Origin: Staphylococcus phage vB_SepM_BE08
DNA: 64,000 bases
Direction: 5' to 3' (one strand)
Sequence record: MT596505.1
Of this stretch, positions 48,409 to 58,881 are shown piece by piece (positions within the stretch are counted from its first letter, which is position 1; each line of letters opens with the position of its first letter). Under the pieces are notes generated by a model, which did no database searches, was not told the DNA's origin, and saw only the letters and a list, made by a program, of their open reading frames with translations. A program made the position numbers and the translations under genes.

Positions 48409-50322
48409 TTATCCCTTCTCTAGTCTTGATACTCCATCTTCTTTAACCATTGTAATTACATTCTCAAACAATGGTTTAAGAGATTCTGAATGAGTAATAA
48501 CAAAAATAGTACTTACAGTTTTAAGTCTATCTTTTAATAGCTTAACTACGTTCTCACAACCTATAGTATCTAAACCATCAAAGCACTCATCATATAAAGC
48601 AATATTAGTAGAAATATCATCTTTAGACATGATTAAATCTTGAATTGCAAAACTAATTGATAAATCAATTCTTTTTTGTTCTCCTGCTGAGTTAGCTTTG
48701 TAAGATTCTCCACCATTACTATTTTTAACAATTACATCAAACTTATCTTTAAGTTCTCCTTTTGAATTCTTAACTTGTGTTTGGAATTCAATTTCAATAT
48801 CGGAGCCTGATAATGTTTGTAAATACTCATTAGCTCTTTCATTTAAGAATGGTGTAATGAAATCTAGTACTACAGAACGTATACCTTTATTACCAAACGC
48901 ATCTACTGCATTACTGTATTTGTTTTTCTTCGTCTCTAATTGTACCACTTTATCTTTATGTTTGTCAATAGCTTTATCAATATCATTTTGTTCTTTTTTG
49001 TATAATTTTTCATCAGGTTTTTCAATATATGAGTAATCATTAAGTGTTGGTTTTTGTAAACCTGATTTACTATTTTCTAATTGACTAATATTGTTATACA
49101 CTTCTTGTTGTTGTTGATATTGTTTTTGTATTTCTCTATCGTGATTTTGTTTTTGTAAATCTTCTTCTTTCATCATTTGTTCTAATTGGTTAATCTTAGT
49201 TTCTAATTCTCTTTTTTTATCTTCTATTTTTTGTTTATTTTCTTTATGTTGTTTTAACTTTTCTTGTTCTTGTGATATTTGTGTCTCCATATTTTCTTTT
49301 TCTTTTACTTTGTGTGAATTATCAATTGGAGAACCACAAACAGGGCAATGGTCGTTTGTATCTAGTTGATTAATCTTAGATTGGATACTTCTAATTTCTT
49401 GGTCTACTACTCGTTCAGACAATTCTTCTTGATTCCAAACGGGCATTAACTTATCATTTATATTGTTTTTAATAAGTTCAATACCTTCTTTTGCTTTATT
49501 ATAGTTATCACTGAAAATAAACTCTGTATTTTCAATTTCAGGTATATTTTGTTTTAATGTGTTAATTTGTTCATCTAATTCTTTAACTTTGTTATTATAT
49601 TCTTCTTGTCTTTGTTTGAAAGTTTCTTCCTCTTGTTTCTTTTGTTCCATTACTTGGTTATACTTAGACACTTCTTTATCAAACTGTTCTTGTTTTAGTT
49701 CTTTTTGGTATCCTAGTTTTTCAATTTCTTGCTGTTCTTTATTTTGTTGTTCTTCTACTTCTTTTACTTTTTCCTTAGCTACATCTTGTGCTTTTTTATA
49801 GACTTCTACTTTTGTAATTGATTCTAAAATCTCTTTTTTACCTTTATCTGTTGCTTGTGAAAACATAGGAATATCTCCCTGTCCGTAAATAATGGCATTG
49901 ACATAGGTATTAAAATCAATTCCAAATAAATCTTGTATTTGTTTATCTGTCACATCATTTGTAGAGCCTGTAATTTCTTTATCATTACAAAATAATTTAA
50001 CTTTGTTTTTAAATTCCTTATGTTTTCTATATCGTTCAACTCTATAATTATCTTCTCCAATATTAAAAGATAAAATAACTGATGTATTTTTCTTTTCATA
50101 CTTGTTAACTACATCATCTGCTTTTAATCCTTTTTCTGTTTTACCATATAAAGCATAAGTAATAGATGACACTAAAGTAGATTTTGAACTACCATTAGAA
50201 TCAAAAGAATCATTAGTTTTATTTACCCCTTCAATCAAAATTAATCCTTGGTTATCTAACTCTAATTCTGCTTCTTTAATTGCCATAAAATTATTCATTT
50301 TAACATACTTAAATTTAACCAT
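48409..50322 (-). CDS. sbcC: SbcC/Rad50-like ATPase (recombination/repair nuclease subunit)
   Basis: N-terminal Walker A SNGSSKST, long coiled coil with a zinc-hook CPVCG, signature NSAGEQKR, Walker B ALYDECFDGLD. Confidence 0.85.
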   Translation of the reverse strand: MVKFKYVKMNNFMAIKEAELELDNQGLILIEGVNKTNDSFDSNGSSKSTLVSSITYALYGKTEKGLKADDVVNKYEKKNTSVILSFNIGEDNYRVERYRKHKEFKNKVKLFCNDKEITGSTNDVTDKQIQDLFGIDFNTYVNAIIYGQGDIPMFSQATDKGKKEILESITKVEVYKKAQDVAKEKVKEVEEQQNKEQQEIEKLGYQKELKQEQFDKEVSKYNQVMEQKKQEEETFKQRQEEYNNKVKELDEQINTLKQNIPEIENTEFIFSDNYNKAKEGIELIKNNINDKLMPVWNQEELSERVVDQEIRSIQSKINQLDTNDHCPVCGSPIDNSHKVKEKENMETQISQEQEKLKQHKENKQKIEDKKRELETKINQLEQMMKEEDLQKQNHDREIQKQYQQQQEVYNNISQLENSKSGLQKPTLNDYSYIEKPDEKLYKKEQNDIDKAIDKHKDKVVQLETKKNKYSNAVDAFGNKGIRSVVLDFITPFLNERANEYLQTLSGSDIEIEFQTQVKNSKGELKDKFDVIVKNSNGGESYKANSAGEQKRIDLSISFAIQDLIMSKDDISTNIALYDECFDGLDTIGCENVVKLLKDRLKTVSTIFVITHSESLKPLFENVITMVKEDGVSRLEKG

Positions 50323-50704
50323 TATTTATATCTCCTTTCGTAACTCTAAAGAAACAATGATGAGAACCGTAATCAATCCAATAGTATTCATCATGTTCTA
50401 TAATTCTATTATAGTAATGTTTTTCAAAATTACTGTCGTCAAAAATCTTTTTTATTTTAGATAAACCATCTTCTAAACCTTCAACATTACAAATGTTTTC
50501 TATTACATTATCTGAATCTTCAAACTGTAATATTGGTTTACTTTTATCTAAATCTTTACTTACCACATTACTTATATCTAATGTATTGATTTTAGGTTTC
50601 ATATCTTTAAGCACTTCCCATAAATCATCTACTACTCTATTCCAATCTTCAGCTAAATTCTCTTCATCACTTATATCTAAATAATTCTTATATCGTTTCA
50701 ACAT
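50315..50704 (-). CDS. Hypothetical protein (129 aa)
   Basis: ORF preceded by promoter module A. Confidence 0.55.
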   Translation of the reverse strand: MLKRYKNYLDISDEENLAEDWNRVVDDLWEVLKDMKPKINTLDISNVVSKDLDKSKPILQFEDSDNVIENICNVEGLEDGLSKIKKIFDDSNFEKHYYNRIIEHDEYYWIDYGSHHCFFRVTKGDINNG

Positions 50705-50734
50705 TTGATTAACTCCTTTTTTTTATTATATATA

Positions 50735-50768
50735 AATTATACCACTTAACTTTTAATAAGTCAAGTGG
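50735..50768 (-). promoter_or_regulatory. Promoter module A: TTGACT-17-TATAAT with a 10-bp inverted repeat spanning the -35 and spacer; near-identical copy at 52716..52749
   Basis: About 62-bp direct repeat (one substitution, one T-run length difference). Arms accacttgac/gttaagtggt form a perfect stem with one G-U pair only in minus-strand RNA. Confidence 0.6.
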
Positions 50769-50782
50769 TATTTTTATTTTAC

Positions 50783-51817
50783 TTAATTTATTTGTGCTTC
50801 TTTTAAACACTCTAATAACTCATCTTTTGAACCAGGGTAATACTTATCTGCAAAACTAGATACTATCTCAGAAGGACTGTCAGAAACATCTGAATCAATT
50901 CTCTTTTCTATTGTGTACTCTTTTTGCATTTGTACTTGTACATTTTTATCTTCCATACCTTTATCCAGTTCAAATACTTTAGCCTGTTCTGGTGTTCCGA
51001 TAAATCTAATAAAATGATTTTTATTGATTAGTTCCTCTAATTCTTCTGGTGGATTATCTCCTTGTATAGTAATAAATTTTCTAGTATCTAAAGGTATAAA
51101 CTCTGTTGTTAATTTATCCGTATCAATTAAATGTACCCCGTTAGCTTCTTGTTCATCACTAAATGATTGTTGCATTAAGCTCCCACCGTACATATGATTT
51201 GTATTTTTAAAATACTGTCTTCTATGGTAATGTCCTAGTAAAATAAAATCATATTCATTAGGCATCAAATCTTGATAACCAAAAGCACCCTCTAGTCTAT
51301 GTGACCCTTTACCTGTTAAGCTACCTTCTACACCTAAATGACCTACTAAAATATTAACTTTACCTTCTACATAAGAGTTTTTAATAAACTCTTTAATTTC
51401 TTCAGTCTCATCACCATAAGCACACATTGTAAGTTGTACTTTACTACTCAACGGTTCTGTTCTTAAAGACTTTGTAACCTCTACATTAGGTAATGTTTCA
51501 AATATATCAATACTTGAAGAAGTGTACAAACTATTAGATACTGCATCATGATTTCCTCTAACCATATATACTTTAACATCTTGATTGTTAACAAATACTT
51601 CAAATACTTTATTATATACTCTAGTGTCTACAGCATTTCTTTTATGGAATAAATCCCCTCCAAAAATAACTTTAGCCTTATTTTCTCTTGCAATATCAAA
51701 AACTTTCTGTAGTGTTTCTATTTGTTCTCTAAATCTATCATTTGTAAATTCCTCATCTGGTTTACTATAGTTTGTAAATAAATGAAAATGACTGTCAGTA
51801 AAAAATATAAATTTCAT
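50783..51817 (-). CDS. sbcD: SbcD/Mre11-like nuclease
   Basis: FFTDSHFH, GGDLFH, RGNHD, GHLG, LLGHYHRRQ phosphoesterase motifs in order. Confidence 0.85.
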   Translation of the reverse strand: MKFIFFTDSHFHLFTNYSKPDEEFTNDRFREQIETLQKVFDIARENKAKVIFGGDLFHKRNAVDTRVYNKVFEVFVNNQDVKVYMVRGNHDAVSNSLYTSSSIDIFETLPNVEVTKSLRTEPLSSKVQLTMCAYGDETEEIKEFIKNSYVEGKVNILVGHLGVEGSLTGKGSHRLEGAFGYQDLMPNEYDFILLGHYHRRQYFKNTNHMYGGSLMQQSFSDEQEANGVHLIDTDKLTTEFIPLDTRKFITIQGDNPPEELEELINKNHFIRFIGTPEQAKVFELDKGMEDKNVQVQMQKEYTIEKRIDSDVSDSPSEIVSSFADKYYPGSKDELLECLKEAQIN

Positions 51818-52380
51818 TATTTATTATCCCCCATCAATTCAAGTAAGTATCCTACTAAATCATCAATAGTATCATATATAAGTGTATTAGTTAAACTATT
51901 TCCATAATTAGGTCTTAGATAAGTTATAGAAGTACCTTGTATACTAACTAATTTTACATACCTTTCGTTTATAAATTCTACTATAACTGATTCCGTTATA
52001 AAATTTTTGTATACTTGTACCTCATTCCATATATTCTTAACAATGTAATCTTTAGGAACTTTATTTTTAATATATTTATAAATATCTTGTGTAGTCAAAG
52101 GCTCTATCTTAACTTCCTTTTCAAATATATCTAAATATAAATAATCTAATGCTTCATCAGGTATACTATCGCTTTTATTTTCTTTTTTAAAATATCTAGT
52201 TACACCTCTTTTATTATTATCCACCCTAACTATATTATCAAAATTATATACTGTTAGTAATGTAGTTTTACTGTTTCTTAATATTGTCTCACAGTATCCT
52301 AAATAAAAGTATTGCTCTATTATAAAGTCATCAGGCTTTACAATTATTAAGTTAATCTTTAGTTGTTTATTAGTAAGCAT
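51817..52380 (-). CDS. Hypothetical protein (187 aa)
   Basis: ORF in the array. Confidence 0.55.
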   Translation of the reverse strand: MLTNKQLKINLIIVKPDDFIIEQYFYLGYCETILRNSKTTLLTVYNFDNIVRVDNNKRGVTRYFKKENKSDSIPDEALDYLYLDIFEKEVKIEPLTTQDIYKYIKNKVPKDYIVKNIWNEVQVYKNFITESVIVEFINERYVKLVSIQGTSITYLRPNYGNSLTNTLIYDTIDDLVGYLLELMGDNK

Positions 52381-52685
52381 TACTCAACCTCCAAGTCTAC
52401 TGTATCATGGTCTGACCACTCATCAAGCGTTAAATGTAATGGTTCAGTATCCAAATATAGTGATAACGTGCTCTCTATATATTCATTAATTTCAACACAA
52501 ATATCATCAATTACAGATTTTTTATTACCTTTTTTTATTGTATCTCCTACAGTTTCTTTAATTATCTTTTTTAATTCTTCTTCGTCTGCTAAGTAGTTTA
52601 CCATATCTTCTTTTGTGGTTTTACTTAACTTTGAGTATTTTAAAAAATTTGTTTTATCTTGTAGTTCTCTAATTGTTAATTTCAT
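52380..52685 (-). CDS. Hypothetical protein (101 aa)
   Basis: ORF preceded by promoter module B. Confidence 0.55.
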   Translation of the reverse strand: MKLTIRELQDKTNFLKYSKLSKTTKEDMVNYLADEEELKKIIKETVGDTIKKGNKKSVIDDICVEINEYIESTLSLYLDTEPLHLTLDEWSDHDTVDLEVE

Positions 52686-52715
52686 CTAACCTACTCCTTT
52701 TTTTATTATACATAA

Positions 52716-52749
52716 ATTATACCACTTAACTTTTAATAAGTCAAGTGGT
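52716..52749 (-). promoter_or_regulatory. Promoter module B (copy of module A): TTGACT-17-TATAAT with the same inverted repeat
   Basis: -35 at plus 52739-52744, -10 at plus 52716-52721. Same accacttaac/gtcaagtggt arms. Confidence 0.6.
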
Positions 52750-52756
52750 ATTTTTA

Positions 52757-54196
52757 CTAAATTTCAATTCCTCCAAAATTATTATTTATAGTTTCTATCT
52801 TACTTTGTTTTTTATCAAAAGTATTAGGTCTATCTTTACCATTATCTGATAATAATTGTTTATGCTCTGCTTCTTCTTCAGGTGTCTCATCTCTTACACG
52901 CATTTTACTTGGTTCTACTTTTAAGTGAACAAATCTTTCACCTGTATTTGAACTATTTCGTATTTTATCTAAATAAAGTCTTAAGTAACCGTTTTTAAAT
53001 TCTTCATCTTTTTGGTTTACTGCAAGTGCTACTTCCACAGCATTTAATATTTTTCTAGAACCTTCTACATGCTCACTTGTAATAACATCAGCACCGTATG
53101 CTGTTCTATTAGTTTGAGCTAAAGTCCAGCATACAAACTGGTATTGTTGTGCTAATCTTCGAATCTCTTCAAATAATTTACCTCCAGCATCTGATTCTGA
53201 ATAATTTCTTGCATAAGGGTTACGCATCAAATGTGGGTAGTCAATAATTACAACATCAATACGTTTATCATACTTTATTCTTGTATTTACGATTAACTGT
53301 TCTAAGTCATTAGGAGATACTTGCTGTGGCATGTGTTTAGATAAAAAGTACTCACCAAAGAAAGGTCTATTTTCTTCATATTTCTTTTGTAAAGCTTTAT
53401 ATACATCTTCATTTAATTGCATATTCTCATCAATTAAATGCTTTTTCTCTACACCTAACATTTGTTGCTCTGCTCTTAAAATCATTCTATCCATGTTCTC
53501 CTCTAATGCTACGTATAGAACATTTAAACCAGAACGTACATAATTCTTAGCTAGATTAGAAGCCATCAATGACTTACCTCTACCTGTAGGAGCCATAACT
53601 AATCCTACTTCACCTCTAGCAATTCCTCCTTCTATTTGCTCATCAATAGAAGCAAACCCTGTAGAAAATTTATTTTTAGCAATATGCTTTAACTCATGTA
53701 ATTTTTTATCAGTATCTGAAAAGAAATCAATAAACTCACCACTAGTACCAGCAATATCTTTTACTTCTATTTCTTTTAATTTTTCTACAAGTTCTGTTAA
53801 ATTATCAGAATCTTCTTGTTTATTTTCTATAATAAATTTAGTCAAAACATTTTTAGACATCTCTGTTTTAACATATTTATTTATTTCACTATTTATAGAA
53901 TCATCTTCATTATCTAACTTAACTTTTGTTAAGTTATCCATATATTGTATTGTATTAGTAATAGCATCTTCTTCACATTTATTTTTTGTCATTATATCTT
54001 CTATTTTAATAGCTAATGACTCTGTAGATATATGTTCTGAAGTATGTGATTTTCTTTTTATTGCTGTATAAATATATTTCATTTCCTCAGATTCATCTGA
54101 GAATAGATGCTTAGGTAGGTTAGTTAAAACCTCTCTAGCAAAATTAATATCATTCATTGATTTATGAAGGATGACTTCCTTTATTCGTTTACTCAA
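52757..54196 (-). CDS. DnaB-like replicative helicase (RecA-fold C-terminal domain)
   Basis: Walker A GLVMAPTGRGKS and Walker B VVIIDYPHLM in the C-terminal half. Confidence 0.7.
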   Translation of the reverse strand: MSKRIKEVILHKSMNDINFAREVLTNLPKHLFSDESEEMKYIYTAIKRKSHTSEHISTESLAIKIEDIMTKNKCEEDAITNTIQYMDNLTKVKLDNEDDSINSEINKYVKTEMSKNVLTKFIIENKQEDSDNLTELVEKLKEIEVKDIAGTSGEFIDFFSDTDKKLHELKHIAKNKFSTGFASIDEQIEGGIARGEVGLVMAPTGRGKSLMASNLAKNYVRSGLNVLYVALEENMDRMILRAEQQMLGVEKKHLIDENMQLNEDVYKALQKKYEENRPFFGEYFLSKHMPQQVSPNDLEQLIVNTRIKYDKRIDVVIIDYPHLMRNPYARNYSESDAGGKLFEEIRRLAQQYQFVCWTLAQTNRTAYGADVITSEHVEGSRKILNAVEVALAVNQKDEEFKNGYLRLYLDKIRNSSNTGERFVHLKVEPSKMRVRDETPEEEAEHKQLLSDNGKDRPNTFDKKQSKIETINNNFGGIEI

Positions 54197-55806
54197 ATCT
54201 TCTCACTCTCTCTTTTCAATCTATTATAATCTAGCATACCATAAGAAGTTAATGGAATCAAGTCCTCTAAGTTATATTTAGTTAAAATATGTTTAACATC
54301 TCTTATATTTACTTCATAACCCATGAAGTCAGCAAACATTCTCAAAACATAATAAGTAGAACTATTCTTACTAAGTACAAGGTAGTCATAAGCTACTGAA
54401 GTGAGATTTGAAATATCTTGCTTAGTTAAATTTCTTAAGTCTGCATTATCAGATACTAATCCTATATTAATTAGATTATCTTTTAATGGTATATTATTAA
54501 GTTCTAATTCTGATATTATATGGTGTCTTTGCATAGGGAATAAAGAAGTACGTACATTACTTGAAAAACTAGTTGGTGCATACTCATTAATAATAAGTTG
54601 CTTAACAAATTTATTAATTACTTTTGCTTCTTCTTTTTCCATATCTTTAATTGCTTTATCTACTTTATCACTAAAGTTTAATAAAGTCAAGTGTTTATTA
54701 TCTCTTACAAAACCGAATTCTAAATCCTCTAAATCTAATGCTTTTTCAAACATTGTGTCAATATCATGTATTTCATCATTTAATTTTGACATATACATTT
54801 GCTGTAACTGATTTAATGCTGGATTATTCTTATATATAGTTGAATCTACTAATAACTCAGTATCTCCTAAATGTCTCTGTGTGTTATTTACATTTTTCTT
54901 TATAGTATCTATATATTTATAGTATTGCTCAAAATATTTATCAGAGTTAAAATAATTAGGCATAGGAATATTTATACTAGAATTTGTATTTTCATACACA
55001 TAAGATACATTATTAAATACATTTTGCATATAAAGAAAAACATTAAAATTATTTAAATCTTTTATTTTATTATAAAAATTATAGAAAGTGTTAAATGTTT
55101 TACTACCAAAGAAATTATCGGATACACTATTTTTAGATAAGAATACAACTAATTGATTTTTATAAAACTCTATATACTTTTTATGATGTTTTACTTGGTA
55201 TGGTTCTAAGTCATTTTTTTCTATTCTTCTTTCATGAAAATCTCGTCTAGCGTTCATGTGTGCTATACAATACGTATCATAGAGTTTGCATAATATATAA
55301 GCTTTATAAAACCCTTCAGGGTCATAAGACATATTAAATACTTCTTTAGAAGGATAATTCATATTGCTTAGCTCTAAATTCATATCTAGTATAATACGTC
55401 TATTCTTATCTTTGATAGCCTTATATTTTGCCATCTCTTGTTTAGTTCGTCTTCTATTTTCTTTTCTTTGATAAGTATATGTAGGGAAGTGTTTATCTCT
55501 TAAATCTTCAGCATATTTCTGTGCTGATTGTATAATATTATCGTTACTCTTATTAAATTCTACAAGGTCTTCTGTATTAAATCTCTCTTTAATAAGTGTA
55601 ATAACAATACCACCGTTGTGACCTTTTTTAGTAGCTACTGCTATTTTATTCTCTTCTTCTAATTTTTTAAGATTGTTATTAATAGTTGATACAGATACAC
55701 CTACTGATTCAGCTATTTTTTTCTTTGTTGATATAGTAAATATATTGTCTTTAGAATTAGATTCTAAATAGTCTAGTAGTTTTCTTTTTGTCTTAACACT
55801 TCCCAT
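54193..55806 (-). CDS. Rep-like replication protein with an N-terminal winged-helix DNA-binding domain (537 aa)
   Basis: N-terminal VGVSVSTINNNLKKLEEENKIAVATKKGHNGG (wHTH-like). Position between the two helicases. Confidence 0.5.
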   Translation of the reverse strand: MGSVKTKRKLLDYLESNSKDNIFTISTKKKIAESVGVSVSTINNNLKKLEEENKIAVATKKGHNGGIVITLIKERFNTEDLVEFNKSNDNIIQSAQKYAEDLRDKHFPTYTYQRKENRRRTKQEMAKYKAIKDKNRRIILDMNLELSNMNYPSKEVFNMSYDPEGFYKAYILCKLYDTYCIAHMNARRDFHERRIEKNDLEPYQVKHHKKYIEFYKNQLVVFLSKNSVSDNFFGSKTFNTFYNFYNKIKDLNNFNVFLYMQNVFNNVSYVYENTNSSINIPMPNYFNSDKYFEQYYKYIDTIKKNVNNTQRHLGDTELLVDSTIYKNNPALNQLQQMYMSKLNDEIHDIDTMFEKALDLEDLEFGFVRDNKHLTLLNFSDKVDKAIKDMEKEEAKVINKFVKQLIINEYAPTSFSSNVRTSLFPMQRHHIISELELNNIPLKDNLINIGLVSDNADLRNLTKQDISNLTSVAYDYLVLSKNSSTYYVLRMFADFMGYEVNIRDVKHILTKYNLEDLIPLTSYGMLDYNRLKRESEKI

Positions 55807-55821
55807 AATACTTATCCTTCC

Positions 55822-58818
55822 TTACATTTTTCTAATTTCAAATTCTTCTTCCCTATATATTTTTTCACGTTCTTTTGAATGGTGGAATAAAAATCTATTA
55901 GTCATATCTGCAAAATCATAAATTTGTGTTGTATTGTCATCTTTCTTTTTACGTAAAGCACGACCTACACGTTGTAATACTTGTCTTAATGATTTACCTC
56001 CTGCCCCTAGTATAAGTGAGTTAATGCCTGAAATGTCTACACCCTCATCTATTAAGCTTGTAGCAATCATTACTTTCAACTTACCACTACGCATATCATT
56101 TAGTTTTTGTTTACGTATCTCAGAATCGACTTCACCATGTAAAAAATAATGTTCTACATTTAAACCATCGAGTAATTCTGATATATTATTTCCATGGTCT
56201 ATAAAGTTTACTATAATAAGTATCCCTTTGTCCTCATTATACCACTTCTCTGTTAATTTTGCAATAAGTTTATTCCTAAAATTATTATTTATTATACCTT
56301 TCTCATAAGCAACTCGATACTCATCTATATTATCAATATCATTAGGGTTGGCTATAGGTATAATATTTATTGTAGGTTTAGCTGAATGACCTTCTTCTAT
56401 AAGTTGTTTATTCGTTACTCTAGATATAACATCTCCGAATAAACCTTGCATACGCATCCACAAAAGCTCATCTTTTTTATCAATGGAGCCTGTTAAAGCT
56501 ATTCTATATAACGCATTTTCACAAGTCATTAAATTGTTATACCAAGTATCTGATTTTGAGTGATGTGCTTCATCTACAATCATAACCGTTATAGTATCTA
56601 AAAACTCACGCATACGATGATACTTATCATATTTTTTCTTATTCTTATTTCTTACTATATTTTGAAAGTTAGCGTTATGATTTTTTAATCTCATAAGAAC
56701 TTCATTGTCATTCTTACAAGATTTATAAATACCGATAAGTTCATCTTTAACCGTTTGTTCTACTTTGGTTTTTGGTATAAAATTATCTAATAACATACCT
56801 AGTAATTTCTTCTGATTTGTACCTCCTTCAAACTTAGGTAAAAACTCAGTAGCAATCTTCTTACTTATATTTTGTTTAGGTGTTAGTTTAACGCCTTGTG
56901 TAGGGTCTTTAAGGTTAGCGTTAAGTGTAGGTACCATAACAACTGTTACTTGTTGTATGTTAAATTGACCTGCTCCTACTTTACCTACAGGTATATTTAA
57001 TCTTTGCTTTAACCTATCTGCTGACTGATGAAAAATTTCTGTAGAACCTGTAAAGAAAGCTATTCTTTCTCCTCTTTCTAATTGAGGTAATAGTTGGTCT
57101 ATAATACCACTAGCAATCTCTGTATTATGATTAACAATAGAATTAGAAATAAAACTATGTGTCTTAGGCATACATACGTCAAAAGTAGGTATTACTTCCC
57201 CTTCTTCTACACTTTCAACTTTTTGGTAAACTACATTAATATCTGCTAATCTTTTAAGAGTATTTTCTCCTTCTCCCCCTGGGTACAATTCCAATATTTC
57301 TCTTAATCTATCAATACTTATAGAATCTCTTTGAATATATTTAGAGAACTCTTTTTTATTAATGTGTAAGGAATTTCTATAATTTTTAAGTGTATCTCTA
57401 AATCCTTCTATTTTGTTTCCATATTGTGATTTGTATTCTTTATCAAGTATATTCCCTTTTTGTTTTTTTCTTTGTTCTGTTTTGAATTCTAACATACTAA
57501 GTAAATACTTTAATTCTCTTGTTTTTACTCTTAATCTCCCATAATAATTTTGTTCATATCCTTTAACTGTTTTCTGCGTTAAAGAATTATCTACTCCTAA
57601 GTTAAAGAGCATAAGTTGTATTTGTTTTAAAAGCTCTCTAGATGCACTTGTAACTTCCATATCTCTTCCATCTTCTCTTATAGAACTTTCACATTCTAGA
57701 TAACCACTTAGAAAAGATAGTTGTATATCCTTAGGTGATTTTAAAATACATTTAGGAACTTTTTTATCTTTTGCTACCCCTAATTCTATATCATATTTAT
57801 TATAAAAATCTTTAGTAGCTTTCTTATCATGTAAGTGTATTGTTATACCTTTAGACTTTTTATGTGTGTCATAATAAGTTTCTTTACTACTAATAGTAGA
57901 CCAATAATCAGAAACAGCTTTAAGTAATTCTTCCTTGTCATTAGAAAAAGAAAGTCTATGGTCTACTCCCATATAGCTGTCTGCTATCATACACCCTAAC
58001 ACATAAGCCTCTTCAGTACTAACTATCGTTTTGTCTGTACCAAACTGATTATCACCTTTTCTAGATACTAATATATCTCCTTCCTTAATGTCTTCAGTAT
58101 TTTTCCATACAAAGTTGTGTCCTTCTCGTACTAATAAAGGATGGTTATAAGTATTAACAACTTCTATACCTCTATCTGTTTTTATCTTTTTAGTTTTTCT
58201 AAGACCATTTTTAGTAAAATAACTTGTATATTCTACTTCACCATATCTATTTATTAGAGGATATTTAATTGGTACTACTTCTTCTTTATTATCTAAACTT
58301 ATTCCTTTTTCATTAAATATCTCTTCTAAAGTTTTATATCCTTCTGTAGTTAAAATTACAGAGTCTTTAGAAATACATTTACCTCCGTTTGTACTTATAT
58401 GAAGTATACCATTAAAGTAAGTTAAACTATTGAATACAGCATCGTATTGGTAATCTCTTAAAGTTATTTGACCTACATTATCATCTAGTAAATTAATTTC
58501 CTTATCTATGTCTTCTTCAGCTAAGAAACTCTCATCACGTTCATCAGTTATTCCATATTGAAAATTATATCTAGACTGTAGCTCTCCTAGTAACTCTTGT
58601 ACTTTAAATAATAGACCTGTAGGAAATCTATCTCTATCATACTCATAGAAATCTATATAACCATCCCACTGACCTCTTTTGTATGCTGGACTATATTGGA
58701 ATCCTTCTTGTCTTGCACCTAACGTTGTGTGCATCCTTTTTAAAATAATATCCTTTAAATAACTATCTCCCTCCTCAAACTCTATATAAGTATATAAGTT
58801 TTTAACATGTAATTTCAT
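55822..58818 (-). CDS. SF2 (DEAH-type) DNA helicase precursor containing an intein (extein about 580 aa)
   Basis: Walker A is split: ISTNGGK|C....HN|TEIASG. DEAH motif MIVDEAHH. Motif VI QVLQRVGRALR. Confidence 0.85.
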   Translation of the reverse strand: MKLHVKNLYTYIEFEEGDSYLKDIILKRMHTTLGARQEGFQYSPAYKRGQWDGYIDFYEYDRDRFPTGLLFKVQELLGELQSRYNFQYGITDERDESFLAEEDIDKEINLLDDNVGQITLRDYQYDAVFNSLTYFNGILHISTNGGKCISKDSVILTTEGYKTLEEIFNEKGISLDNKEEVVPIKYPLINRYGEVEYTSYFTKNGLRKTKKIKTDRGIEVVNTYNHPLLVREGHNFVWKNTEDIKEGDILVSRKGDNQFGTDKTIVSTEEAYVLGCMIADSYMGVDHRLSFSNDKEELLKAVSDYWSTISSKETYYDTHKKSKGITIHLHDKKATKDFYNKYDIELGVAKDKKVPKCILKSPKDIQLSFLSGYLECESSIREDGRDMEVTSASRELLKQIQLMLFNLGVDNSLTQKTVKGYEQNYYGRLRVKTRELKYLLSMLEFKTEQRKKQKGNILDKEYKSQYGNKIEGFRDTLKNYRNSLHINKKEFSKYIQRDSISIDRLREILELYPGGEGENTLKRLADINVVYQKVESVEEGEVIPTFDVCMPKTHSFISNSIVNHNTEIASGIIDQLLPQLERGERIAFFTGSTEIFHQSADRLKQRLNIPVGKVGAGQFNIQQVTVVMVPTLNANLKDPTQGVKLTPKQNISKKIATEFLPKFEGGTNQKKLLGMLLDNFIPKTKVEQTVKDELIGIYKSCKNDNEVLMRLKNHNANFQNIVRNKNKKKYDKYHRMREFLDTITVMIVDEAHHSKSDTWYNNLMTCENALYRIALTGSIDKKDELLWMRMQGLFGDVISRVTNKQLIEEGHSAKPTINIIPIANPNDIDNIDEYRVAYEKGIINNNFRNKLIAKLTEKWYNEDKGILIIVNFIDHGNNISELLDGLNVEHYFLHGEVDSEIRKQKLNDMRSGKLKVMIATSLIDEGVDISGINSLILGAGGKSLRQVLQRVGRALRKKKDDNTTQIYDFADMTNRFLFHHSKEREKIYREEEFEIRKM
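57124..58377 (-). mobile_element. Intein (418 aa) with a LAGLIDADG homing endonuclease, inserted in the helicase P-loop
   Basis: Block A CISKDSVILTTEGY, block B TYNHPLLV, LAGLIDADG-like LGCMIADSYMG and FLSGYLECES, block G SIVNHN followed by extein Thr. Intein spans residues 148-565. Confidence 0.8.
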
Positions 58819-58850
58819 ATTAATCTCCTCACATACCTTACACTTTTTTT

Positions 58851-58879
58851 ATTATACCATATATAATAAAAAAATACAA
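58851..58879 (-). promoter_or_regulatory. Sigma-A-like promoter (TTGTAT-17-TGgTATAAT) for the helicase operon
   Basis: Extended -10 at plus 58851-58856, -35 at plus 58874-58879. GAGGAG RBS before the ATG. Confidence 0.55.
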
Positions 58880-58881
58880 CT

